Made by a program: the position numbers and the translations under genes. The notes under the pieces are model-generated. The model searched no databases, was not told the DNA's origin, and was given only the letters and a program-made list of their open reading frames with translations. Positions 28,606 through 38,261 of a stretch of DNA of 64,000 nt are shown here, piece by piece (position 1 is the stretch's first letter; every line of letters starts with the position of its first letter). This DNA comes from an uncultured Bacilli bacterium (lineage in GTDB: Bacteria > Bacillota_I > Bacilli_A > RF39 > UBA660), in NCBI GenBank assembly GCA_947628525.1, contig CANRAE010000001.1, positions 22,584-86,583 on the forward strand, written 5' to 3'.

Positions 28606-28607
28606 TT

Positions 28608-29207
28608 TTAGTCTTCTTTTTTATCAAAAATTAATTTTTTATTCATATTATAATATTCAATCATTGATATAATTGACATAATTGTTGCAAAGTACAATAG
28701 GAAATCACTTACTCTTAAATTAACAAATTCAAATGGTAGATTATAGAAGAATGTTAAAGCTGTACCAACCATAAGTGCTGCTGTTTTTAGTTTTCCTGAA
28801 GCAATAGCTGCTATTACTTTGCCACGACTTGCTGCTTCCATTTTGATGGCATTAACTACAATATCTCTTAAAACGATAACTACGGGAATAATAGCATTAA
28901 TAAAACCACTAGCAGCTAAAATAATCAATACTGTATTAACCAAGACTTTATCAGCAATAGCATCTAACATTTTACCAGTATTGGTAATTAAACCATATTT
29001 CCTTGCAATATAACCATCCAAAAAGTCAGTAAAACTAGCTATCACAAATAAAATACCAGCAATAATATATCTTAAATCAACTAAAACTCCATTAACATTA
29101 TATTGTGGAAAATTAATATTTATTGCATAAAAAGGAAACAACATGATAATTATTATCAATATAGCCATAACAATTCTAGATACGGTCAATTTGGTAGGAA
29201 GATTCAT
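28608..29207 (-). CDS. pgsA: CDP-diacylglycerol--glycerol-3-phosphate 3-phosphatidyltransferase
   Basis: CDP-alcohol phosphatidyltransferase motif DFLDGYIARKYGLITNTGKMLDAIADK. Confidence 0.9.
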   Translation of the reverse strand: MNLPTKLTVSRIVMAILIIIIMLFPFYAININFPQYNVNGVLVDLRYIIAGILFVIASFTDFLDGYIARKYGLITNTGKMLDAIADKVLVNTVLIILAASGFINAIIPVVIVLRDIVVNAIKMEAASRGKVIAAIASGKLKTAALMVGTALTFFYNLPFEFVNLRVSDFLLYFATIMSIISMIEYYNMNKKLIFDKKED

Positions 29208-29682
29208 ATTTTACACCTCTATTTTTTAATTCTTGATTCATAACAGGATCCTTAGGTTGAATTAATTTTAATATAATAATGATTAAAGTTAATAATATAA
29301 GAATCCCTAATATAGTCATTAATACTTTCTTTTTACTAATTTTCTTTTTTCTAATAATTGTATATGGTGATTTTATTTTTTTATTATTGTTATCATTCAT
29401 TTTCTTTTCGGCTTCTAATATATCGCTAAGGGATAACTTAGATGTATGTTCAAACATAAAGTCATTAAATTCATCGGCTACTTTTTCAGGATTTAATCCT
29501 AAATATTTAGCATATGTTTTTATTTTGTTTTTTAAGCTTAAAACATCTTTAAAAGCTCTGATATTACCTTCTTCGATATTTTCTAGTTCATCTAAATCAA
29601 TGTTTAAATCTTGACTAGCTTCGTCTAAACCTACGCCATTTTTTTCTCTATGTTCTTTTAAGTACTCTCCTAATTCTTTCAA
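29176..29682 (-). CDS. RodZ/YmfM-like HTH membrane protein
   Basis: N-terminal HTH (LGEYLKEHREKNGVGLDEASQDLNI), a basic linker and a single TM helix. It lies immediately upstream of pgsA, as ymfM does in Bacillus. Confidence 0.65.
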   Translation of the reverse strand: MKELGEYLKEHREKNGVGLDEASQDLNIDLDELENIEEGNIRAFKDVLSLKNKIKTYAKYLGLNPEKVADEFNDFMFEHTSKLSLSDILEAEKKMNDNNNKKIKSPYTIIRKKKISKKKVLMTILGILILLTLIIIILKLIQPKDPVMNQELKNRGVKYESSYQIDRI

Positions 29683-29699
29683 GATAACACCTCTTAACT

Positions 29700-30056
29700 A
29701 AAAAAATAATACTTTATAAGCCATGTTCTGTTCCTATTACTAGGCGACAAACATTTATCTACCATTACTGGTCCTTAACTCCGTTTAATTCCTTTGTTAA
29801 AGCTCCCCTACCAAATTTGGGTTTCTCGCTCGCGGGGGTTACCACGTTCCACTTCACTATTTCTAGCTTCTTCGTCACTTTGGCCCTTTACAATTACTAT
29901 AATCTTATCATAAAGACTTAGATTAATTCATTTCCGTTAGATTTCTCTACCCTTAGTTATTTTTTCCTAAGGCACGAACACTAAGAACATCTCAGTTCTT
30001 GCGAGCATGGACTTTCCTCTATATATAAATTATACAGCGTTTGTCAAAGTATTATT
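29700..30056 (-). ncRNA. rnpB: RNase P RNA (compact, Firmicute type)
   Basis: The minus strand contains AGAGGAAAGTCCATGCTCGC (P4 5' strand, ~30001-30020) and ACAGAACATGGCTTA (P4 3' strand, 29718-29732). A terminal P1 helix pairs AATAATACTTT (30046-30056) with AAAGTATTATT (29705-29715). The region is locally GC-richer and has no ORF. Confidence 0.85.
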
Positions 30057-30384
30057 CTTCGTCTTCTTTTCCATATACAATTTTTTCTAGTTGTGATAGA
30101 CGTCGCATCACATCTACATTAGTAACTTCTTTGGAGTCACCACTTTTAGCAATCTCAATACTCATTTTCAAGTTGCGAATTTCTTGTTTTAAGTGCATAA
30201 TTTCTTCAAGCAATTCTTCTTTTTCTTTTTCAGCAGCTTTTAGCATTTTATTGTATTGCACATAATCACTGATAACAATATCCAAGAATTGATCAACTTC
30301 TTTAAGTCTATAACCTCTCGTATCAATTTTGAATTCTTTTTCAAGTATGTCATTAGGCGTTAAATTTAATTGATCTTGATACAT
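30052..30384 (-). CDS. gpsB: Cell-cycle protein GpsB (DivIVA-domain)
   Basis: LTPNDILEKEFKIDTRGYRLKEVDQFLDIVISDY is the GpsB/DivIVA N-terminal domain. 110 aa. Confidence 0.85.
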   Translation of the reverse strand: MYQDQLNLTPNDILEKEFKIDTRGYRLKEVDQFLDIVISDYVQYNKMLKAAEKEKEELLEEIMHLKQEIRNLKMSIEIAKSGDSKEVTNVDVMRRLSQLEKIVYGKEDEE

Positions 30385-30443
30385 ATTTCTTCACCAATCC
30401 CTTATGCTTATATTATCACAAAATATACCTTATTTGTCAATAA

Positions 30444-30548
30444 CTACCATCTATTTCGTCTTCTTATTTTGCTACGATAAATAAGTTTAGAAATCATAAC
30501 ATTTTCACTCATTTTATTTAAAGCATCAATCACATTTTCTCTTATCAT
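30444..30548 (-). CDS. Possible 34-aa ORF (MIRENVIDALNKMSENVMISKLIYRSKIRRRNRW)
   Basis: GGTGA lies 6 nt upstream of the ATG, in an otherwise empty 311-nt gap. No homology recognised. Confidence 0.25.
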   Translation of the reverse strand: MIRENVIDALNKMSENVMISKLIYRSKIRRRNRW

Positions 30549-30695
30549 AAATTTCACCTTAATTACATCATACCTTATTAAATTAAAGCTGTCATAAATT
30601 CGACAAAACTAGCTAAAAAATAACAAAAATGTAAGAATTTTAAAAATAATGGAAAAAAAAACAAATATATAGTATAATTTAGTATAGGTGATTTT

Positions 30696-31259
30696 ATGAA
30701 GTACCCTAATAATATCAAACCAAACTTTAAGCACAATATTTCATATGATAACAGGGGAATGAATTTAGAGCATGATATTAATATCACTAATCAATATTAC
30801 ATAGATAATAATATAGCCTTTATTTATAAAAAACCAACACCTATTCAAATAACCAAAGTAGAATATTCTAAAAAAGGGGCAATTATAAAAGAAGCATATT
30901 TTAAAGAACCTTCTACTACTGATTATAATGGTCTATATAAAGGTTTATATATTGATTTTGAAGCTAAGGAAACAGATAGTAAAACTTCTTTTCCACTTAG
31001 TAATATTCATAATCACCAAATTATTCATTTAAAAAATATATATGAACATAATGGAATAGCTTTTTTAATAGTTAGATTTAATAAATTAAATAAAACCTTT
31101 TTATTAAAAAGTAGTGATTTATTAGCTTTTTTAAATAATAATGAAAGAAAATCTATTCCACTAGAATATTTTGAAAAGAAAGCTTATTTAATTGAGGAAA
31201 AATATATTCCCAGAATCGATTATTTAAAAATAATTGACGAAATTGGAGGTATTAAATGA
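30696..31259 (+). CDS. recU: Holliday junction resolvase RecU
   Basis: YDNRGMNLEHDIN...DYNGLYKGLYIDFEAKET. It overlaps ponA by 4 nt, matching the classic recU-ponA operon. Confidence 0.9.
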   Translation: MKYPNNIKPNFKHNISYDNRGMNLEHDINITNQYYIDNNIAFIYKKPTPIQITKVEYSKKGAIIKEAYFKEPSTTDYNGLYKGLYIDFEAKETDSKTSFPLSNIHNHQIIHLKNIYEHNGIAFLIVRFNKLNKTFLLKSSDLLAFLNNNERKSIPLEYFEKKAYLIEEKYIPRIDYLKIIDEIGGIK

Positions 31260-34138
31260 AAAAAGTAAAAAAGAATAATAGTGGCGTTACCTATCATAAA
31301 AATAGTAGTAAAAAAGGAAATACAACAACAAGATCTAGAAATAAATCTTTTAGTTTTAAAAATTTTAAATGGAGTCCTACTAGTATTATTTATCTTGTTG
31401 TTATAATTGGCTTTATCGTTCTTGCTTATTTGCTTTTAGGAACAATGTTTACAGCTATTTTAGTAATAGGTGTTTTCTTAATCATAGTATTATCTAATTT
31501 TATTCATAAGATAAGAAGGAAAAAAAGTCTTCGTATTTTAACGAATATTTTATTAGTTATTTTCTTGCTTTGCTGTATTGCTGGTACCGTAGCAGTTGGA
31601 GGATTCTTCTTTTATATCGTAAAGCAAGCTCCGGAATTTGATGTTAAACTTTTGGAAAGATCTGAATCAACATTAGTATATGATAAAAATAATAACTTAA
31701 TTATGGAGCTAGGAGCTGAAAAAAGAGAAAAAATTACTTATGATGAAATCAGCCAAGTATTTATTGATGCTTTAATAGCAACCGAAGATTCAAGATTCTT
31801 TCAACATAATGGTTTTGATGCGGCAAGATTTTTCAAAGCCTCTCTTGGGCAGTTAGTAGGTAACAGTAATGCTGGTGGAGCATCAACTTTATCAATGCAA
31901 GTTATTAAGACTAACTTTACTGATGCTAAGATTGACCAAGGCTTTGCTGGTATTGTACGTAAATTTACTGATATTTATTTAGCTGTTTTTAAACTTGAAA
32001 AAAATTATAGTAAGCAACAAATTATTGAATTTTATATCAATAATAATTATATGGGTGATGTGGCACACGGACTTGAACAAGCTTCACAAACTTATTTTGG
32101 TAAATCTGCGAATGAATTAAATTTAGCAGAAGCTTCCCTATTAGCGGGATTGTATCAATCACCTGCCAATTATAATCCATATGAACATCCAGAAGAAGCT
32201 ACCAAAAGACGTAATGAAGTATTAAATTTAATGCTTATGCATGGCTATATAACCAAAGAAGAAAAAGAAATGGTTGCAAGTATCCCTATTACTTCTTTAT
32301 TAGTAGGAAAACAAGCAAGTAATTATGAATATCAATGGTATGTAGATACGGCAGTTAATGAGATAATGGATCGTTACAATGTAAATCCTTATAATACGCC
32401 AATGATTATATATACTAATATGGATGCTAATAAACAAAAAGGATTAGATAATATTGTATATGGTAATGGTTACTATTGGCCTGATAGCCTATTACAAACA
32501 GCTATCGCTGCTATTGATGTTGATACTGGTAAAGTTGTGGCAATAGTTGGTGGAAGAAATAAAGGCAAACTTTTAAATAACCGTGCTACTGAAATGAAAA
32601 GACAAATAGGATCAACTGCTAAACCATTATTCGATTATGGTCCCGGTATGGAGTATTTAGGATGGTCAACTTACACTAGATGGGAAGATAAAGAATATTA
32701 TTACTCTTCTGGTCAACCAATGCGTAATTCCGATCGTCAATATTGGGGATGGATGACGACTAGACAGGCACTTGCTTATTCTAGAAATGTACCTGCCCTA
32801 CAAGCCTTTCAAGCTATAAATAATCAAGATATAATTAAATTTGTTACATCCTTAGGAATAACACCGGAAATAGATAAAAACAGCGGAAAAATTCATGAAG
32901 CTCACGCTATTGGGGCTTTCACAGGATCTAATCCTTTGGAAATGGCTGCTGCTTATGCTGCTTTTGCTAATGGTGGTACTTATTATGAACCTTATACTGT
33001 TAATAAAGTTGTATTTAGAAATACTGGCGCTGAATATGAATATAAGCCAACAGTTGAAAATGGTAAAATAAGAAAAGTAATGAGTGATTCAACGGCATAT
33101 ATGATTACGCAATGTTTAAAGACTGCGGTCAATGAAGGTTTAAGTGGTGCTGCTAGAGTTGCTGGTGTTAATGTAGCGGCTAAAACAGGTACAACTAACT
33201 TAACAGAAAGTACTTTGCTTAATGCTGGCGTACCATTAGATACTGTTAATGATGCTTGGATTATTGGTTATGATCCTGAATATGTTATAGGAATGTGGTT
33301 AGGTTATGATGAATTATCACAGCAATCATATCTATCACCACAGGCGGCTACAACTGAACGTCAAAAAGTCTTTAATGCCGCTGGAAATGCTATCTTTAAT
33401 AAAAACGGGCAAGATTTCACTATGCCAAGCAGTGTCGTTTACTCAGCTGTTGAATTAGGATCAGAGCCAGCTATGTTACCAAGTAGTGGTACCCCTAATG
33501 ATTTCATCACCTATGAATATTTTAAAGCTGGTACCGAACCTACCGAAGTATCACCTTACTTTGTAAAATTAGATAACGTTAAAAACTTAAATGTTTCTTA
33601 TAACCCTACTACTTTAACCGTAGATTTGTCTTGGTCAAAAGCTAGCCGTTCTCAAAATGAAAAATCTGATTATGGAAAATTTGGATATAAAATTTACAAA
33701 GATAATAAACTTATTGGTTTTACTGATGATACTACCTTTACAATTACTGATACGAGCGAACCATTTGGTATCTATAAAGTAGTGACCACTTATGAAAAAT
33801 ATAATGGTATGGATAGTAGTGGTACAACTTTTGAATTAAAAGAAGAAATTCATTATACAGCTAAATTGCAAGTACCAGAAGCACAAACTTATAAAATAAA
33901 TGATAACTTGGATACTTGGAACTTAAAGCCATCGGAAAAAGATCTTAAACTATTGGTAGATAATAAAGAAATAACTAATTTCACTGTCAATGTATCTATT
34001 ACTAACGCTAATGGTGAAAATGTAGCTAATATAACTACTACCGAAGTTAATACGTTCACTATTACTTATGTTGTCTTTGTCGATAGCGAAGAAATAGGTT
34101 CTATTAAAAGAACAGTAACTATTGAAGAGGCTGATTAA
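31256..34138 (+). CDS. ponA: Class A penicillin-binding protein (PBP1A) with a C-terminal FN3/Ig-like extension
   Basis: Glycosyltransferase motifs (EDSRFFQHNGFD, GASTLSMQ). Transpeptidase motifs (STAKP, SRN, KTGT). About 230 extra C-terminal residues. Confidence 0.9.
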   Translation: MKKVKKNNSGVTYHKNSSKKGNTTTRSRNKSFSFKNFKWSPTSIIYLVVIIGFIVLAYLLLGTMFTAILVIGVFLIIVLSNFIHKIRRKKSLRILTNILLVIFLLCCIAGTVAVGGFFFYIVKQAPEFDVKLLERSESTLVYDKNNNLIMELGAEKREKITYDEISQVFIDALIATEDSRFFQHNGFDAARFFKASLGQLVGNSNAGGASTLSMQVIKTNFTDAKIDQGFAGIVRKFTDIYLAVFKLEKNYSKQQIIEFYINNNYMGDVAHGLEQASQTYFGKSANELNLAEASLLAGLYQSPANYNPYEHPEEATKRRNEVLNLMLMHGYITKEEKEMVASIPITSLLVGKQASNYEYQWYVDTAVNEIMDRYNVNPYNTPMIIYTNMDANKQKGLDNIVYGNGYYWPDSLLQTAIAAIDVDTGKVVAIVGGRNKGKLLNNRATEMKRQIGSTAKPLFDYGPGMEYLGWSTYTRWEDKEYYYSSGQPMRNSDRQYWGWMTTRQALAYSRNVPALQAFQAINNQDIIKFVTSLGITPEIDKNSGKIHEAHAIGAFTGSNPLEMAAAYAAFANGGTYYEPYTVNKVVFRNTGAEYEYKPTVENGKIRKVMSDSTAYMITQCLKTAVNEGLSGAARVAGVNVAAKTGTTNLTESTLLNAGVPLDTVNDAWIIGYDPEYVIGMWLGYDELSQQSYLSPQAATTERQKVFNAAGNAIFNKNGQDFTMPSSVVYSAVELGSEPAMLPSSGTPNDFITYEYFKAGTEPTEVSPYFVKLDNVKNLNVSYNPTTLTVDLSWSKASRSQNEKSDYGKFGYKIYKDNKLIGFTDDTTFTITDTSEPFGIYKVVTTYEKYNGMDSSGTTFELKEEIHYTAKLQVPEAQTYKINDNLDTWNLKPSEKDLKLLVDNKEITNFTVNVSITNANGENVANITTTEVNTFTITYVVFVDSEEIGSIKRTVTIEEAD

Positions 34139-34149
34139 CTATAATAATT

Positions 34150-34184
34150 AAAGGATTGTAACCATATTTGGTAACAATCCTTTT
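34150..34184. terminator. Bidirectional terminator between ponA and zupT
   Basis: Stem AAAGGATTGTAACC / GGTAACAATCCTTT has one mismatch. A T run follows. Confidence 0.6.
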
Positions 34185-34195
34185 AATTTAAATAT

Positions 34196-34954
34196 CTACA
34201 TCAAAGCATGGCAAACAATCATAAAAATAATCCCTATCAAAAAATAAGTTATACTTCTTTTTAATTCCTTATATTTTAAAGAAGCAGGTATTAATTCATA
34301 TATAGAAATAGCAATCATAATACCAGCAATACTTGCTAGTAAAAGACTCATAATACAATCATTCATAAATGGTGCTAAAAATAAATAAGCAATAACAGCA
34401 CCAACTGGTTCTGAAACACCAGATATAAAAGTATAAAGCAAAGACTTAAATTTACTTTTAGTACTATAAAATATAGGAACAGAAATACTGATACCCTCTG
34501 GAATATTGTGTAGAGCAATAGCAACCGCTAATGATAAACCTAATTCAATGTTTTTAGTAGATGTCATAAACGTAGCAATTCCTTCGGGAACATTATGTAA
34601 TATAATAGCAATCATGGAAATAAGTCCTACTTTAAATAAATTTTTATCAATTTTAGTAGAATTTATATCTGGTATATATTTATTAATAAAAAGAGAAATA
34701 ATTATTCCTATCACAATAAATATTAAAGATAATAAAATAGCAGGGAAAAAATAAAAGATTTTTAATAACCCATTTATTGAAGATGGAATCAAATCAATAA
34801 CACTAATAGTTAACATAACCCCAGCAGCAAAAGCTAATGAACTACATACGACTTTATTAGTATTTTTAAATTTAAAAAAAATTAATAATGATCCCAACAT
34901 TGTTGATAATCCTGCAAAAGATGTTATTAAAAAACTATACACAACATTATTCAT
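34196..34954 (-). CDS. zupT: ZIP family metal transporter (ZupT-like)
   Basis: HNVPEGIA and HNIPEGISI motifs in a 252-aa polytopic protein. Confidence 0.85.
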   Translation of the reverse strand: MNNVVYSFLITSFAGLSTMLGSLLIFFKFKNTNKVVCSSLAFAAGVMLTISVIDLIPSSINGLLKIFYFFPAILLSLIFIVIGIIISLFINKYIPDINSTKIDKNLFKVGLISMIAIILHNVPEGIATFMTSTKNIELGLSLAVAIALHNIPEGISISVPIFYSTKSKFKSLLYTFISGVSEPVGAVIAYLFLAPFMNDCIMSLLLASIAGIMIAISIYELIPASLKYKELKRSITYFLIGIIFMIVCHALM

Positions 34955-35014
34955 ATGTTTATCACCCAGTTAAATATATAAATAATATTAGAAAAAAAGA
35001 ACTAATAATAGTTC

Positions 35015-36304
35015 CTATAAATGTAATTTTACTTTTATTTTTTTCAAAAAATGAACCACTTTATAACTAAATTCATATATTAAATAATAAAATGGTCTAA
35101 CTACATAATCATATTCACCTATTAATTCTACTACTTCCCCACCAAAAGCTTTTTTAAATAAATAGACGCCATATGTAGGATCTTTGGGTGTTAAATTGCT
35201 TGATATAGTATAAAAATTATAATAACTATAATTATTATCTAAGGCATATTTAAGCATTTCATAATGAAGGGTGCAGAATGGTTGAAATTCCAAATATTTA
35301 GCATACTCACCACCAGCAAAAGATAAAACCTCATTACCACAAAGGAAATAAAATACTGCACCTAAAAGCAAAATATCTTGATTAGATTCTTTTCGTAATT
35401 CCTCATAATGACTAATTTTCGTTTTTAATCTTTCTATATCTTCTTCTTTACTTTTTAAGGTATTAGCATTAATCTTAACCCCTTTATTTTGGCTATCTAA
35501 AAGTTGGTCATAATCTTTGGTTAAAACCGATAATTCTTGTTCTAAATCTTTAATAGATTGAGTTAAATTAATTTCAATAAAATATAACTTTAATAATTTC
35601 TCTTCATTAAATAATTTATACATTTGCTGATAATAAGTTAAACTACGACTAATAAAACTACGACGATTAGCCGTTTCATCAATAACTTTCTTAAATAAGA
35701 TTACTTCATCATAAGAACCTTCACGAATATAGACACCGTTTTTTTCATTTTTACGAATAGTACTTTTTAATTTAGAAGTCATATCATTCATAATTTCAGT
35801 TAAAGTTTTATCTTTTAAATTTATACCATACATCCATTTAGCTTGCAGAGTTTGTTGTCCTGGTTTAGAACATTTCTCTTTATAGCCCAATTTTTTTATA
35901 TTTCTAACAATGTTAGTATTGTCTAAACCACCAGCAATAATATTACCATCTTTATCCCTTTGATGATATCTAACATAAGGATCTATTTTAAAGAAAATAC
36001 CATTATTTTTCTTAACATACTCTTTAATCTTTTTAGTAAATTCTTCTAATAAATCATAATCATTATAATCTAGAATAAAACCTCTTGGAGCATAAAACAT
36101 TTTTTTCTTAATGGGTGTCTTTTTAGCTAACAAAATAGTTGCTGCGACAATTTTTTTATCTTGCTTGAATCCTAAAATCTTACTTTCCCAACCAGTACTT
36201 TCTTTTAATTTAGCCCAACTAATAGTTTGCAGAAAAGAAGCTTGTTCATGATTATAAGCAAATTTCCTAAATTCATTTTCTTTTAATTCTATTAACTCCA
36301 TCAT
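35015..36304 (-). CDS. FemAB family peptidoglycan aminoacyltransferase
   Basis: FLQTISWAKLK...FYAPRGF, a central coiled-coil insertion and a C-terminal FKKAFGG. Confidence 0.85.
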   Translation of the reverse strand: MMELIELKENEFRKFAYNHEQASFLQTISWAKLKESTGWESKILGFKQDKKIVAATILLAKKTPIKKKMFYAPRGFILDYNDYDLLEEFTKKIKEYVKKNNGIFFKIDPYVRYHQRDKDGNIIAGGLDNTNIVRNIKKLGYKEKCSKPGQQTLQAKWMYGINLKDKTLTEIMNDMTSKLKSTIRKNEKNGVYIREGSYDEVILFKKVIDETANRRSFISRSLTYYQQMYKLFNEEKLLKLYFIEINLTQSIKDLEQELSVLTKDYDQLLDSQNKGVKINANTLKSKEEDIERLKTKISHYEELRKESNQDILLLGAVFYFLCGNEVLSFAGGEYAKYLEFQPFCTLHYEMLKYALDNNYSYYNFYTISSNLTPKDPTYGVYLFKKAFGGEVVELIGEYDYVVRPFYYLIYEFSYKVVHFLKKIKVKLHL

Positions 36305-36310
36305 GATCTC

Positions 36311-37579
36311 CTATCTATACTTTAAATTTCTTATAAAAATTTTAATTTTTCTTAACCAAGTATATATATAGTAGGAGAAAGATAAAGGATAAGTAAATTC
36401 TCCTATAAGCTCTATAACGCTAACACCAAAGCCTTTTTTTATTTCAAAAACACCATAATAACGGTTTTTAGGATCAAAAATACCTGAAATACCATAAAAA
36501 TTAACATAGGGAAAACCAAATTTATAAGCGTCTAATATATGTTCATTATACATGGCATATTTAGGCGTAAATCTTTTATATTCAACCAAAATACCACTAT
36601 ATAAAGTTAAATATTCTAGTCCTGATTTCAAAGAAATTAAGACTCCTATATCTTTACCCTTAGGATTTTCTTCTTTAAATTTAGTGGCAACCTCTACTTC
36701 TTTTTGATATTTTTCTAATAATCGATTAGAAGTATCTAACTGATTTTTCAATTTGTTACCAACATTGTCATGATCCATCTTATCTCGTATTTTTTGATTA
36801 TTTACTTCCTCTTCATGAAATAAATCCTTAGTTGATGATAAATAGATATCTGGATCCAAGTAAGCAATATATATTTGCATATCATCACCTAAATATTTAT
36901 ACATTCTTTTATAATAGTCTAAACTACGATAAGAAAATTTCTTCCTATTAGCTGTCTCAATTAGAATTTCCTCCATACTTTCAAGGTCATTACTAGTACC
37001 TTTTCTAATTTGGATACCTTTTTTATATGTAGCCTCAATATTCTTTTTAGTTGTTTTAGAGAATCCTTTTCTTAATTCTTCATAAGGAATGCTCAAATCT
37101 AATCGCGCATTCCAACGTGATTGCGTATTAATAACATCTGTATTAAAACCAAAATGTTTATATCCCAATTCTTTCAAAGTTTTTATAACTTCATCATTTC
37201 TAAAATTACCGGGAATAACACTGCCATCATTATCTCTTATTTGATAAATAACATTAGGGTCTATTTTAAGCATAATACCTTTTCTTTGTTTACAAAAAGC
37301 CTTTAATTCTTTCGTAAAAAAAGCTAATAACTCTTTGTTATTGTAATCAATTAAATAACCTCTTGGAGCATAAAAAGTATATCTTCCTAAAAAAGTTTTA
37401 GTAACAGAAAACATAGCTGCTGCCACAATTTTGTTTTTCTCTTTTACCCCCAAATAATATATTTTACTGCCATAACTTTCGCGTAATTTAGCAATACCCA
37501 CAGTTTGAAAAAAACTTTCTTGTTCATGGCTAGATGCGAATGTTTGGAATTCTTTCTCATTTAATTCTACAAATTTCAT
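36311..37579 (-). CDS. FemAB family peptidoglycan aminoacyltransferase (paralogue)
   Basis: FFQTVGIAKLR...FYAPRGY...IKKGFG. Same architecture as its neighbour. Confidence 0.85.
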   Translation of the reverse strand: MKFVELNEKEFQTFASSHEQESFFQTVGIAKLRESYGSKIYYLGVKEKNKIVAAAMFSVTKTFLGRYTFYAPRGYLIDYNNKELLAFFTKELKAFCKQRKGIMLKIDPNVIYQIRDNDGSVIPGNFRNDEVIKTLKELGYKHFGFNTDVINTQSRWNARLDLSIPYEELRKGFSKTTKKNIEATYKKGIQIRKGTSNDLESMEEILIETANRKKFSYRSLDYYKRMYKYLGDDMQIYIAYLDPDIYLSSTKDLFHEEEVNNQKIRDKMDHDNVGNKLKNQLDTSNRLLEKYQKEVEVATKFKEENPKGKDIGVLISLKSGLEYLTLYSGILVEYKRFTPKYAMYNEHILDAYKFGFPYVNFYGISGIFDPKNRYYGVFEIKKGFGVSVIELIGEFTYPLSFSYYIYTWLRKIKIFIRNLKYR

Positions 37580-37643
37580 AAGTCCCTCCTTATGGTTTTA
37601 ATAATGACTATCTTATTATGTCATAAATTTAACTTTATTTAAA

Positions 37644-38261
37644 TCATTTTTGTTTATATTTACAAATATTTCTTATCTTACAGTTACTACAATTTGGTGA
37701 ACTAGCTTTACAGTAATATCTACCAAATAATACTAATTGATGATGACGTCTACTCCATACTTCTTTATCTAATTTTTTCATTAGTTTTTTCTCAACAGTT
37801 AAAACATCATCATTATTTTTTGCTAGCCCTAATCTTTTACTTACTCGATCTACGTGTGTATCAACAGCAATTGCTGGAACATTATATAAATTACTTAAAA
37901 CAACATTAGTTGTTTTTCTACCAACCCCAGGCATTTTCTCTAAAGCTGTTCTATCATTAGGTACTACCCCATTATAATCGTTAACTAATATCTTAGCTAT
38001 CTCAATAATAAAATGCGCTTTTTTATGAAAAGTGCCAATTGGTTTAATTATATCCATAACATCATCTACCGATGCCCTACTTAAATCCTCTAAAGTAGGA
38101 TATTTATCAAATAATATCGGTGTTACACTATTAACTCTTTTATCCGTTGTTTGCGCACTTAATACTACTGCTATTAATAATTCATAATCTTTATGATAAT
38201 TTAATTCACATTTAGGATTTGGAAACAGCTCATCTAAATAATTTTCTACTTCTTTTATCAT
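37644..38261 (-). CDS. nth: Endonuclease III
   Basis: HhH-GPD motif (LPGVGRKTTNVV) and a 4Fe-4S cluster loop (CKASSPNCSNCKIRNIC). Confidence 0.92.
   Translation of the reverse strand: MIKEVENYLDELFPNPKCELNYHKDYELLIAVVLSAQTTDKRVNSVTPILFDKYPTLEDLSRASVDDVMDIIKPIGTFHKKAHFIIEIAKILVNDYNGVVPNDRTALEKMPGVGRKTTNVVLSNLYNVPAIAVDTHVDRVSKRLGLAKNNDDVLTVEKKLMKKLDKEVWSRRHHQLVLFGRYYCKASSPNCSNCKIRNICKYKQK

Noticed and set aside
30021-30050. TTGACA and TATAAT hexamers just upstream of the RNase P GAGGAAAG motif, considered as a promoter
   Set aside because: The hexamers are only 7 nt apart rather than 17 +/- 1, and they lie inside the predicted P1-P3 region of the RNA.
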